A stretch of 64,000 bases of DNA from the NCBI GenBank assembly GCA_951406725.2, contig OX597834.1, forward strand, positions 19,530,001 to 19,594,000. The letters are read 5' to 3'. Each line of letters starts with the position of its first letter. Position 1 is the stretch's first letter. This DNA comes from Octopus vulgaris. Lineage: Eukaryota. Positions 11,971-25,168 of the stretch are shown here, in pieces. The notes below the pieces were generated by a model. It saw nothing but the letters and a program-made list of their open reading frames with translations, ran no database searches and was not told the origin of the DNA. A program made the translations under genes and the position numbers.

Positions 11971-12760
11971 ATTATCTAATTCCAGAGTGAATGAAAAGTT
12001 AAGCTGACCTCAGCAGGATTTGAACTGTTGCACTTTAAGTTACCAAACCATATATTTATCACCAACCAATATTTATGTATTTCTGCCTTCTTATTTGTAT
12101 GCTGATTGGATTACATCCTTCCCCACCTGAGTGACTATTTAATATTCTTTCCATAAGGAAGAAACATAATGAGACAGAAGATGTTGCTTACCGTTTCCAC
12201 GGAAATTCAATAGCTTGCTAACAGTGCCAACTGATAGGAATGCTAGAATAAAAGAATTACAATAGTAAAACAGACAGGTTGTCAAGCTAACCACATTCTG
12301 TGAACAGCCCCTGCTACTTAGACTGTGTCTGTGCAAGTGGGTACATTTACATTATTTATATATCAATACACATTGGTTTCAGTAAGTGTGTGTGTGTGTG
12401 TCTATATATATATACACACACATATATATACATATATATACATATATATATACATATATATATACATATATATACATATATATATATATATATGTATATA
12501 TAAATATATATATATATATATACACATATATAACACTGAAGAGAATACTTCACACACACACACACACATATATACACGCAGTATATATATATACATATAC
12601 ATACATTTACATAAATATAAATATAGACATATATTGCTTACATATATACATTTGTATAAATACACACACACACACACATGTATATGTCTATGTACATATA
12701 TGCATGTCTGTGTGTGTGTATGTATATGCATGTATATATATATATATATGTATGTATAAA

Positions 12761-12805
<45 letters not shown>

Positions 12806-12807
12806 TA

Positions 12808-12840
<33 letters not shown>

Positions 12841-13479
12841 TAATACGTATATGTAGTTGTCTGGAAGACAGCACATCTCTGCACTCGAATCTGCAGCAGT
12901 TGTGCGGGGTGTATGAATATACAAATATTATCTGAACCCTATCATTTAAAAGCATGTGTCGGCGGTTGTGCATGTGCGAAGCCTGCGTGTAGACGTCCTC
13001 TTAAATCATCTCCTCACATTCATCACAATCCACTTTCAACAGGATAGTCATTCTACACAACATTGTGCTCATAAGTCAAGTATTCTTGTCATTGTTACGT
13101 ATATGCTTGAATCTTTTTCATGCATGCAGTTGTGCAGTGTTTCATTGATGTTTTGCATGCTGATGGTTGTACAGTGTTTGTAGTTTTATGTGAATACACA
13201 CACACACGCATACATACATACATACATACATACATACATACATACATACATACATTACATACACATTGAATGCACAGAGAAGGTGTATAATTCTGTATAG
13301 AACTGTGTGTATGTATGTTTGCATGTGTTGTGTGTGTGAAGTATTCTTTTCATTATTATGTATATATGTATCCATCTATACAAATTTATTGTGTATATAT
13401 TTGTGTATTATTATGTTGAGATTGTCTATGCAAATAGCTGTAAAATTTGGTGGTATTATAGACATTATATATAGATGCA

Positions 13480-13510
<31 letters not shown>

Positions 13511-13687
13511 GAGTTTCACGTTCCTATTCGTCGGGCAGTTTTTGCTGTCCGACGAACGGGAACGTGAATCTCAGAGTAACAGGTTTTGTTGAATTTTCTG
13601 CTGCTTTAAATAAAGCATATTACTCTACCATTGGTATTTGAGTACTCTTTTTTCCACCTTGTTTCACATTTATGTGTTTACTCCGCT
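13511..13687 (+). mobile_element. (TA)n-inserted short element, family H1, with hammerhead motif and an inverted partial copy
   Basis: Flanked by (TA)n on both sides. Homologous to 50999-51160. 13511-13538 is an inverted copy of 13545-13572. Confidence 0.8.
13545..13582 (+). ncRNA. Minimal type I hammerhead ribozyme-like motif
   Basis: ctgt-CCGACGA-acg(ggaa)cgt-GAAT-ctc(a)gag-TA-acag. The inverted partial copy upstream retains GAAA (reverse complement ...AACGTGAAACTC). Confidence 0.65.
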
Positions 13688-13689
13688 AT

Positions 13690-13722
<33 letters not shown>

Positions 13723-14027
13723 CACGGGCATACATATACATACATACATATATATATATATGATATATAGTTAAATTTTCTTATAAAGTATGTTTTTTAA
13801 GAATATATCACAATATATGGGCTGTATTAAGAAGTGCTCATTGAAAGGTAAATTGAAGGATAAGGCAAATTAGAGAAGGAACACATCTTGGCAATCAGTA
13901 CAAATTCCAAAGCATAATCTTAGAGCAAACAACGAAATAAAAATACTTATAAATTTATGGAGATAAATGAATAGAATTACATGTAAAAGCTATATGTGAA
14001 AACTATGCATCAAGTGTATTGAGTTCT

Positions 14028-14414
14028 GGAGTGGCTGTGTGGTAAGTAGCTTGCTTACCAACCACATGGTCATGGGTTCAGTCCCACTGTGTGGCACTTT
14101 GGGCAAGTGTCTTCTACTATAGCCTCGGGCCAACCAAAGCCTTGCGAGTGGATTTGGTAGATGGAAACTGAAAGAAGCCTGTCGTATATGTATATATATG
14201 TGTGTGTGTATATGTTTGTGTGTCCGTGTTTGTCCCCCCAACATCACTTGACAGCTGATGCTGGTGTGTTTACGTCCCCATAACTTAGTGGTTCGGCAAA
14301 AGAGACTGATAGAATAAGTACTATGCTTACACAGAATAAGCTCTGGGATCGATTTGCTCGACTAAAGGTGGTGCTCCAGCGTGGCCACAGCCAAATGGCT
14401 GAAACAAGTAAAAG
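14028..14414 (+). mobile_element. tRNA-derived SINE family A, full length
   Basis: GGAGTGGCTGTGTGGTAAG (A box), GGGTTCAGTCCC (B box), CORE-like TTGGGCAAGTGTCTT, internal (TA)/(TG) microsatellite, tail GAAACAAGTAAAAGA. Confidence 0.9.
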
Positions 14415-14814
14415 AAAGAAAAGAAAAAAAATATATACGTATATCGTATCTCAGGAGGGACATTATGCCAATAAAATACACTGATTGCATTTCACTTCTT
14501 TATTATTATTAGTTTCTCCCCACTTCTCTCTCCTGCTGTTTATGTGTCTGACCAAATTCTTCTGAGAAGAAAACTGCAAGTCTTCACCATCTTCTCTTTC
14601 TTTTCCCTTGCCTTTTCTCTCGGCAGCTGAGGTGGCCATGGATCTTCTCTACTGAACATGACACTATTTCTCTCTCTCTCTCTCTCTCCTCTCATACTCA
14701 AACCACTCGTCTGGCACAAAAGGCAACTTCCTCAATATAGCCCCCACTTTCACCCCACCTGCTAGTTGAGGGCTCTTTGTCTTGTAAATTATTTGGCAAC
14801 CTCACTGCTATTGG

Positions 14815-15001
14815 TGTCTGGCAAAAAGCACCCAGTGCACTCAGTAAAGGGATTGGGGTAAGAAAGGGCATCCGACCATTGAAATCATTCCAGAGCAGAT
14901 TATAAAGGTTGATGCAGTCTTCTGATATGCCAGCTCCTATCCGACTGTCCAACCCATGCCAGCATGAAAAACAGACAGCAAATGACAATGATGATGATGA
15001 T
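14815..15001 (+). mobile_element. Family C retroposon 3' end
   Basis: AAGGGCATCC...CTGTCCAACCCATGCCAGCATGAAAAACAGAC followed by a (GAT)n tail. Confidence 0.65.
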
Positions 15002-15042
15002 ATCAATCGCATTCAGTCAACAAATTGTAAATCTCTTTCTTA

Positions 15043-15074
<32 letters not shown>

Positions 15075-15079
15075 TTTAC

Positions 15080-15317
15080 ATTTTACTTCTTTCAGCCATT
15101 AGACTGTGGCCATGCTGGAGCACCATTTTGAAGAATTCTAGTGAAACAAATCAGCTCCAGGAATAATGTTTTGCTTTTTTTTTCTAGTGCCGTACTTATT
15201 CTATTGGTGCCTTCTGCTGAACTGAAAACACACCAACACCGGTTGTCAGACAGTAGGAGAGGGGACAAACACACACACACACACCGACATACACACACAC
15301 ACACACCGACACACACC

Positions 15318-15353
<36 letters not shown>

Positions 15354-15550
15354 GACACACACACACACACACACACCGACACACACACACACACATGCAT
15401 ATGAGCTTCTTTCAGTTTCCATTGGCCAAATCCACTCACAAGGCTTGCATTGTCCAAAAGCTATAGAAAAAGACACCCAAATTGCCATGCAGTAGGACTG
15501 AACCTGGAACCACGTGGTTGGGGAGCAAGTTTATTTACACACAGCCATAC
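15080..15550 (-). mobile_element. SINE family A
   Basis: Reverse-complement match to 14028-14414 with an expanded (CA)n centre. Confidence 0.8.
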
Positions 15551-16380
15551 CCACAACCATATTTATGTGTATATTTCTGCACATGCATATGCACTTGATT
15601 GCCTCAAGCACCAAAATCAAATTACTAAAACAGGTTGAATGTTTAGTCAGCCACACCAAATCCCCAATGCCTAAACAGCTGTGCCCAATTGTCTCATTCC
15701 TCTATTGACAATATACAAACCATTCTGTTGCCTGGTTATTTCCATTTCTATCAAGGCAGCCTTTTCCACCATAAGAAGGTATTATCAATAACAACACACT
15801 TTTCTCTGTAATTCCTCTTCAAGGACACTCAACCTATTTTCCCTAGTAATTTAGAATTTCCCTTCTTAGTTGTTATTCTGATAATGATTTCTATCATATG
15901 GACACCCCATGGAGTTTAGGAAAATTGCCAGAATATTCTTCATTTTTGGCTTCTCTTCATAAATACCAAGAGACCAAACCTTTGAAATATAGCCTGGTTT
16001 CATCTGTATCTGCAATGAAGAATCCGGTTGGACGTTTTTATTTTTTTATATACTATAACCAGCTTGTCTTGGTTTTAAATACACACTCCTTGTAGAGACA
16101 ATTTATCTGGATAGATGGGTCTATTGTGTTACTTGACTGATTATATGAGAATGTTATTTGCAGTTAACCATTGTCATATCCAGCAGAACAAATTCTTTGT
16201 TTCATTCATTTCACCCCATGGAATCCAAAGCTGCCTCAGAACTAATCATAAAAGCTTCTTAGAGACTGAGAAATATTTATCATCCTCCTCCTCATCATCA
16301 TCTAACGTCCATATATTTGTTGAGGCAGATTTCCTACAGATGGATGCCCTTCCTTTCACCAACCCTCACCGGATTCTATC

Positions 16381-16871
16381 TTTTATCTTTTACTTGTTTC
16401 AGTCATTAGGCTGAGTGGGGGCCATGCTGGGGCAACACCTTCAAGTATTTTAGTTGAATGATTCGACCCCAGTACTTATTTTATTTAAAGTCTAGGACTT
16501 ACTCTATTGGTTCCTTTTGCTGAACCACTAAGCTATGAGGATGCAAACCCACCAACACTGGTTGTCAAACATTGGTGGGGGATAATCACAGACACAAACA
16601 CACACACATATGCATGCATACACACACACAAGCACATACACACGTGTGTGCATTCACATACACACACAAGCACACACTAACACACACACACACACATACA
16701 CTATGGACATCTTTCAGTTTCTGTCTACCAAATCTACTCACAAGACTTTGGTCAGCCCAGGGCTATAGTAGAAGTCACTTGCCCAAGGCACCACTACCAC
16801 GCGGGGGGAATGAACTCAGAACCATGGCGACTGGAAAGCAAACTTCTTACCACACAGCCATGCTTGTGCCT
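16381..16871 (-). mobile_element. SINE family A
   Basis: Reverse-complement match to the family consensus. Confidence 0.8.
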
Positions 16872-17544
16872 GTCATAAGAAATATTTCCCTGACTGATTG
16901 CCAATAAGATAGTTTTATGTCTTCTTCGCTGAAGAGATAATTCTGTGCCTTGAAATAATATTTCTAGTTGTGCAACCCATGAGCTATGAAGCTAAATAGC
17001 TCACCCATTCATTCTATCAACACATATTTGCTGTCTATTGTTAATGTATTAATTTCTAATGGGATCTGTTATTGATTAAACGGTTCTATTGATGACAGTT
17101 ATGATTGCAAATAACGATCAGAAAACATTAATATCCACAAATGAAGCTGCTTCCTTTTAGAGAGAGGAAAAGAGGTATTTGATGGTTTAAAATTTATTGT
17201 TTGATATCAGAATGGATTCTCCTTACTATCGATTTATGATATGACACAATTCAGCCCCACCGCAATCATTTGCCTCATCGTCAGGGTCATTATCATCATA
17301 ATCATCATCATCATCACTGTCATCCCCCTAACCCCACCTCTTCTTCCACCTCTTCTTCCTGTTCATCATCATCATTGATGTCATCACCATGTCGATCGCA
17401 ATAATTATCGTCCTCTTTAACATTGGTGTTATAATGATCTTCTATCTTCTTCCTACCCCCTCCGCATTATCTTCACCACTGATATCATTATCGTCTTGAT
17501 TGTGATAATTATTATCAATATCATCATTGATACTGTATTACTAC

Positions 17545-17598
<54 letters not shown>

Positions 17599-17779
17599 TA
17601 ATAATAATAATAATGATAATTAATAATAATAAAAATAATGATAATTAATAATAATAATAATTAATAATAATAATTAATAATAATAATAAAATAATAATAA
17701 TAATATAAATGACAATAACAACAGCAACACCACCACCACCAACAACAACAGCAACAACAATATTAACAATGATGATCTC

Positions 17780-18165
17780 AAATTTTGGCACAAGGCCAGC
17801 AAATTTTAGCAGAAAGGGAGGGGGCAATAAATTACATCATCCCCCAGTATTCAACTGATACTATATTTATTGACCTCACAATTTGAAGAAAGCTAAAGTT
17901 GACCTTAGTGGAATTTGAACTCAGGACTAAGACTGATGAAGTGCTTGGCTTACTAACAATTCTGCTAGCTCGTTACCTCCATAATGATAACAGTAATGAC
18001 AATCACCATCACCATCATCATTATCGTCCTTTAACGTCTGTTGTCCATGCTGTCATGGGTTGGATGGTTTGACCAGGGCTGGCAAGCTGGAAGGCTGCAC
18101 CAGACTCCAGTCTGATTTGGCATGGTTTCTATGACTGGATGCCCTTCCCTAACACCAACCACCCT
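17780..18165 (-). mobile_element. SINE family B (17780-17980) followed by a family C 3' end (18000-18165)
   Basis: Reverse-complement motifs of both families. Confidence 0.65.
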
Positions 18166-18364
18166 GTTGATGACAGGATATAATTTTTCTATTGTTCTTT
18201 TTATTCAATTCAAATTGTTTGGCTGCATCGACCTCTCCTTAGGTACAAGGATAAGTTGAAGCATTCACAAAATTCTCTTCAGCTTAACCTAACGTCTTGG
18301 GGAAATCATTGCCTGGATCAATCAGCATGGCATAAAATGTGTCATGATCATGATGGTGATGATG

Positions 18365-18410
<46 letters not shown>

Positions 18411-18589
18411 CATCCATTTATGAATTTATTTATTTATTAATTTTTTAAATACATATTTACCTGTGAATTTGCATGTGTAATCTGGGAATTCATACAATGA
18501 GCTTCTCTGACCTAGGTGTAAGGAAAACTCTCGGCAAGAAACAGATAAAAATTTGAAAAAAGAAGGAAAAAATTATAATAATAATATAG

Positions 18590-19005
18590 TAAGAAATATA
18601 AGATGTCGTGGGACTTTAACATTCAGACTGACAGAGTAATAGAAGCTGGAAGGCCTGATTTAGTGGGAGTAGATGAAGAGAATAGAAAATGCCAGATAAT
18701 TAACTTTACAGTCCCAAATGATGAGAAAATCAATATCAAACATATAAAGCAAATGATGAAGTACCAGGGCTTGGCCATTGAGTTACAGAGACTATGGAAA
18801 GTGTGGGTAAAATGTATCCTTGTAGTTATAGGTGCATTGGGAACTATCCCTAAAGATTTGAAAAGATGGATAGAGGAAATAGGCATAACACCCAGTGTTA
18901 TTAGGGACAGCTAGGATACTTAGGAAGGATCTTGGCTTCTAAGGTTACTTCTTGTAGCCTGATGTGAGGAAGTTTTCTGTTCCAACAGTCTGATCTGGTG
19001 TACAT
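18590..19005 (+). mobile_element. R4/Dong-type (restriction-like endonuclease) non-LTR retrotransposon 3' fragment
   Basis: WDFNIQTDRVIEAGRPDLVGVD...KY.GLAIELQRLWK...VVIGALG...GTARILR: RPD-containing RLE domain C-terminus, with (TAA)n on both sides. Confidence 0.8.
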
Positions 19006-19016
19006 GTATTAATAAT

Positions 19017-19386
19017 AACAAGAGCACTCGGAGATCTCAAACTTCTGCCAAGGCAATACCAACGTTTTCTCAATGATTAGCTGGAAAAGATTTTTAAAAT
19101 GAGAATATCTGAAATAAAATCGACTGCTCTCACAAAGAAGAATACGAAAAATGAATCCAACCTCTCTCAAAAATTCAGTAGAAAAAACGGGAAAAATAAT
19201 CCAGAATCCTTGTCCAGTACTGAATCGATCCTCAAATCTAATCAGTTTGTGCGAGTCATAAGGCCAAGCATCTCTGAAAGTTTCATCCAAATCCATCCAG
19301 CGATTCTTGAGATATTTTGTCCATGGTCAAACAAACAAATAAATACAACTGAAAATGATACCTCCGCCTTCGCTAAGGCGGAGGCA
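19017..19386 (-). mobile_element. HINE/Helentron-like element, copy 2
   Basis: AACAAGAGCACTC...ACCTCCGCCTTCGCTAAGGCGGAGG hairpin; flanked by (TAA)n. Confidence 0.75.
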
Positions 19387-19412
19387 ATAATAATATAATA
19401 AAAGTAATAATC

Positions 19413-19540
19413 AGTTGCAGCGTGGAAGGTGTTTATAAGCCATTTAAGAAACACACCAAAACCGTTAGATTCACTTCAACATTTAAATTTAATTTGTCAA
19501 AATATTTTCGTCGCTTTGAGACTGCGACCTGTTCACTGCA
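19413..19540 (-). mobile_element. Short element, family H3, with G3-C8 hammerhead variant (stem I truncated)
   Basis: Homologous to 28104-28250. Minus strand: ca-GTGAACA-G-gtcgc(agtctcaaa)gcgac-GAAAATATTT-tg. Confidence 0.7.
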
Positions 19541-19978
19541 AGTCACTTGCTATGCAAGTATATCTCCGTAAAAACTAATAATAATGACTAGAAATTGCAA
19601 ATTACTTGACTAAATATCACTCAGTATTTAGTTATGTCTCTTTAAGGACAGCAGAATGGCAGAGTTTGCTAGACTGTAGGGCAAAAAATGTCTTGTGATA
19701 TTTCTCCAAACTCTTTCATGTTCTATATTCAAATCATAGCAAGATCAATTTTTGCCTGTTATTCCTCTGAGTTCAATAAAACAAAGTACCAGTCATATGC
19801 AAGGGCTTGATGTATCTTTTAACCCCAACACTTCTTGAATTGCCAGCATTTTCCCTAAATTACAAGCAGTCGTTGTCTCTCTTGTCATTGCTGTATGATT
19901 AATCATTATTAAACCAGGTTATTTTGCATTCAGCTTTCATCTATCATTCGTTTATTGCTCGTATATGAGGTGACCTAC

Positions 19979-20031
<53 letters not shown>

Positions 20032-22094
20032 TATCATCATTATTATTATTATTATTATTATTGTTATTATTATTATGATTATTATTGTTATTATTGTTGT
20101 TGTTGTTGTTATACATTTTCTTTTTTATCTATTTGGATTGATTCCTGTATATTCATTGACGAATGCAAATATTTAAATATTTTTTCTGTAGTAATTTCTA
20201 TCAAGTCTTTCAAATATTTTCCAAGATGCCAATGTATACACACACACACATATACGCACACACACACAGACACATACATATGTACATACACAAGCTTAAA
20301 CACAAACGTATGCATACAAGCACACGCATGCATACATCCACATACACATGCCCAAATACACACACAAACATATGCATACATAATACATACTTACATGCAC
20401 ACATGCACAAACAGGCACACAAACACACATAGATGCGTACATGCACACACTTGCCCAAACACTCACATGCACACACAGGCACACAAACACACACATGGAT
20501 GCATAAATGCACATACACATGCACAAACACATACATAGACACACATGGCCTCTTTGTCATGCAAACATGCACAGTCAGTAATTTCCATAAACTCGACTGT
20601 CTATCCATCTTTACTGAAGTAGATACATGTTCAGAAAGTATTTCCTGCAAATCAAACCAGTTGGGATCTATTTTATTTATTGATTTAGTCTCTCTTTATT
20701 GTTAACTCAACTACTGTTGGAGAAAATCCTTCCCATAGTACCCTACCACCACGACCACCACCACAAAAGAAAATCAGCAAAAAGAAAAATGAAAGAAGTT
20801 TAAAAAAAAATACATCCGAATTTCTTCTGAATAAGTATGCGGAATTTATCATCTTCAGCGAAATGCTGGGGTTGAGGCAAGATACTTAATAACACTTTGT
20901 TGAATTGCTCATAGAGTAAATAAATAAATATATAAATAGATAGATATATAAATAAAAATATAAATAAACAGAAATAAAAATTCATTAAAAAAATATCCAA
21001 TTGAATGAATTCTTCAGAAAATACAATTTCTTAGTTGTTTCCTCTCAAAAATTGTTCAGTGTGTCTCGTCTTGTAGTTCTTTGAACTTGGTTCTTTATCA
21101 ACCAACTTTACCTCTTCAGTTTACAACTGAAGTTGTCCTTTTTACTTTAAGTTTGTATTTTTCTCTTGTTCTTTTATTCCACGAGTAACTACAAAATGAA
21201 TATTCCTCTCTGCCTCTCTCTGTCTCTCTCATTTTGCACTTGTTAAAATTCTGGCAGAAGAAGTGTTTATGAAGTAAAGAGCTACTTGTAAATACCTAAA
21301 GGAATTTCAAGTTGAAAAATAAAAATGAGAAAACAAAGATAAACACCCACTTACTAATGGGTAGGTCTGTAATTTCTTTTCTTTTTCGAAAGCCTAAAAA
21401 TTAATCTTAGATATTAGCAATATAACACCTTGCAAAAATGGTGGAAGCATTATCAAATTTGGAATTTAGAATAAAGTATATGATTGAATACTTATTTGGT
21501 TTTTATTTTTCATATTCCTCCAATTTTTGTTTCATTTTTTTTTTCCTTCTTGTTTTATCCTGTAGATGTCACTCCCTACTTAATGTAGTCACTTTAGGCA
21601 ATAGTCTTTCCGAATTTTACCGTAAACTGCAATACGTATAAAAAATTTTTCTTTTTCCTCTCTTTATTCATTAGTATCTTTACTGTTCTTTTTACGTTTC
21701 AAATTTGAAATTTCTTGATGTCTCATAATCTTTATCGTTCTCAAATTCATAAATATAGAAATACATACATAAATATATGAGTAATATAGCACAATGAAAT
21801 GACAGGAAAGAAAAAGGCAGCATGGGGGGAAAAAAAGAGACCATCCAATTATTTCTCTTTATATCAGCTTTTATTGCTGAAATAATCTTAAACATACAGT
21901 AGAATCTTTCTAGAAATAAGAATGAAATTAGGATTAATCTTTTCAATCTATGCAAAATAAAATGGTTACCAGCAAAAATAAAATGAATGTCATGGTGACT
22001 CAGATGTATATGAGGGTTTATATGGGTTTATATATCTTAGGTGGGCAAGGACTGCACTGCTCGTTTACCAAAATAGTAAATTGGATTTTTTGCT

Positions 22095-22156
22095 TTGGTT
22101 CTCCAGATCTCAGTCAAACCGTCCAACCCATGCCAGCATGGAAAATAAACGCTAAT

Positions 22157-22190
<34 letters not shown>
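22095..22190 (+). mobile_element. Family C 3' end with (GAT)n tail
   Basis: GTCAAACCGTCCAACCCATGCCAGCATGGAAAA followed by GAT repeats. Confidence 0.7.
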
Positions 22191-22279
22191 TTCTGTTCCT
22201 GCTACATCATGAAACAATTTCATCATAATTTGTTTGAAGAATTTTTATGGAAGAATTTTTATTGAATGAATTCACCCGA

Positions 22280-22626
22280 GTACTTATCTCTTTTTAAATC
22301 TTGGTACTTATTCTATCAGTCTCTTTTGCCAAACGACTAAGTTACAGGGATGTAGATGTACCAACACAGGTTGTCAAGTGGTAGTGAGGGATAAACATAG
22401 ACACAAAGACACACACATACCTGCACATGTACACATACACACACACATATGACTACACACACACACACACATACAGAGGCTTCTTTCAGTTCCTGTCTAC
22501 CAAATCCACATACAAGGCTTTGGGTGGACTGAGGCAAAAGTAGAAGACATTTGCCCAAGGTGACATGCAATGAGACTGAACCGGGAACCATGTGATTGGG
22601 AAGCAAGCTTCTTACCACACAGCCAC
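22280..22626 (-). mobile_element. SINE family A (3'-truncated)
   Basis: Reverse-complement match to the family consensus. Confidence 0.8.
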
Positions 22627-23667
22627 ATATACATACATATATATATGTATAATGTGATGTAAATCTTTGGTATAGCAATTGCATGCGGCTGAAGAGAGCT
22701 TTAAACCATCCTTTATGTCGATTATACAATGATGTAAGAATAGGTTGTTTATAAAGCTTGAAACACGTGTACCGCAACATCCTGTGTGTTCTGTTTTTGA
22801 TTTCATTTGGTGCATATACCCTCTCACCTCTGCTACTGGCTGGCGTATACAGGTGCTTGCACTTATCAAGTATTCACCCTAAATTTATTGTGCCTACCTG
22901 ATATACATACATACATATATATATATATATACATACATGAATATATATACACACACACTCTCTCAAACACATACTAAAATGATACACTTATATATAAATA
23001 TGTATATATTTGCGTATGTAGATGTGTGTGTGTGTTATATACATTTGTATGAGTGTGTACACATACAACATATGCAAAGGAAAACTGGAAATTCAGTATA
23101 GCAAAATAAATGCATTTACTTTGTTGTTATATGTGTGTGTGTGTGTGTGTGTGTGTATGTACGTATGTGTGTGTGTGTGTTTGTTTGTAAAAACCCAGTA
23201 AAGTGATAAAAATCATTCCATTTTTTTTAAATGACTTTCATTGATTTGGCAATAATTAATCTGTCAGTGAACAGAAACAAGAATCTTCAATGGTGCCATT
23301 TTGCTATATTTATAATTATTTTATACCTAATTATTTCATTTATAATTACCTCTGTGTGCGTGCGTGTGTGTGTGTGTGTGTTGATTAGTCTGAAATACTG
23401 TATTTCAATTTTAACATCTCCATGATAGAAAAATTAATTTCATGTCATCGGATCAATCCCAATTTTCACAAACATTTCATTTTGAATTTTGTATTCTATG
23501 AAATGGTAAAACGCTTCTCGTGTGGAATTCAATTTTGTTTGTATTTCGACGCCAAAGAAAGTCAATTATATTTTATCTTTGATTTGCTCCAGTCATTGGA
23601 CTACAGCCATGCAAGGTTACATCTTGAAGTGTATGTGTGTGTGTGTGTGTGTATGTGTACATGTGTG

Positions 23668-23789
23668 GGTATGTGTGTGTCTTTGTGTCTATGTTTATCC
23701 CTCACTACCACTTGACAACCTGTGTTGGTATATCTACATCCCTGTAACTTAGTGGTTTGGCAAAAGAGACTGATAGAATAAGTATCAAG
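23668..23789 (+). mobile_element. SINE family A fragment, near-perfect inverted copy of 22301-22421
   Basis: Shares the private variants CCCTCACTACCACTTGACAACCTGTGTTGG and CTACATCCCTG. Confidence 0.85.
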
Positions 23790-24360
23790 TTAAACAAATT
23801 GACTTTAATATTTATTTTGTAAATCTGCCGCTTCTTCTGTTGGTTTCTTTAGCTGAATGTTTAAGTTACAGGGATGTAAACAAACCAACACTGGTTGTCA
23901 AACAATGCATAGGGTTTACACACACAAAAACACTCACATGTATGTATACATGTATGAGGGGGTTGCTGAAAACATACTTGCTTTAAGGGTATTGCGCCTA
24001 TATATATATATATAAAAACACAAATATTAAAAGGAATAATGAACCTCCCTAGAAAATTCCTCTCTTCATATTCACTTTCCTTAAGGCTGAGTAGAGATCT
24101 ACTTTCCATCTTTCATGCAAAGGCTAATTAATTCTCTTATGTTGTCTGCAATACTGAATATGCTCAAACAGTCACTTAACCATGAGTGTGGAATCGTATC
24201 ATATGCTTTCTTATAATCTATCCTTGTTATCATTAAATTTTTTTCTTCTATATTTCACTTCTTTTAGGATTGCTTTGTCTATGTATAATAGATCATGTGT
24301 TCCTCTCACCTTCTTCCTGCTTCCTGCAATCTTTCTGTTCTTATGGAATTAAATTCTGTA

Positions 24361-24395
<35 letters not shown>

Positions 24396-24449
24396 GATAA
24401 TGATAATAACAACATCAACAACAATAGTAATAATAAAGACTCTCAGATA

Positions 24450-24600
24450 GTTCTTAATTACTGGTTATTCTTTACTTGAAAACAGGCAATATCACATCAG
24501 CAAAGGTTTCAAGTAGTGCCTTCTCCTGTGACTCAAAGAGACTACACTCTTCTTAGAATGTGGGTTGTACACAAAAAGGCTGTCTTCTAGATCACTATGA
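24450..24600 (-). mobile_element. Possible R4/Dong-type LINE extreme 3' end
   Basis: Minus-strand I*KTAFLCTTHILRRV*SL* resembles the Q.K..LLGTA.ILR.VLS* terminus seen at 18900 and 61850. Confidence 0.35.
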
Positions 24601-24625
24601 GCCTGACAGCAGTTCAATATTATAT

Positions 24626-25168
24626 TTGTTGTTGTTGTTGAGTGAGAGAGCAGTGTGTGCCATCAAAGTGGCACTGGGGTAAAATATATGAAGCCCAGTA
24701 TAACTATCATGACTAGTCATCTGATAAGGGTACACCAGGCACATGCATCACAACCATATGTGTGTGACATGGTGATCTCATATCAAGATAAACCGTGCAT
24801 GACCTTGCAGGTGGGGGCTCAGAATTTTCTTCAGGTCAAGTAGCCCAACCCACTCAGGTCCTGGAATAAGTGTCATTTAAGAATGTTGAACAAAACACCC
24901 ATGTATTATTCAAACTCCAAAGAAATCTTCTCAATATATGGCTATGATGCTCCCCCACTACTTCTGCTCGTGATCAGAGATGCACATATCATCAGCCACT
25001 AAGGGACATGCTCAACTGGTTAAGGTCAAACAACTAACAAGCAAATCTGTGGTATTGAGCAGAATATTTGCTGTATTCCATCTTTTATGCCAAGATAAAA
25101 CAATGTACAGGATAATACTTCCACACAATTAAGATCAAAAGTCATGGGAGCCACTGCCTGGTACTGCA
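24626..25168 (-). mobile_element. Unclassified interspersed retroposon with (AAC)n tail
   Basis: The internal segment 24905-25075 has an inverted homolog at 54396-54565; (TTG)n at 24627-24639. Confidence 0.6.

Noticed and set aside
12850-13190. Possible Helitron Rep remnant or exon
   Set aside because: No convincing motif or splice-site pair.
20800-20912. Minus-strand exon candidate (ILPQPQHFAEDDKFRILIQKK)
   Set aside because: Splice sites are poor and no homology is recognised.
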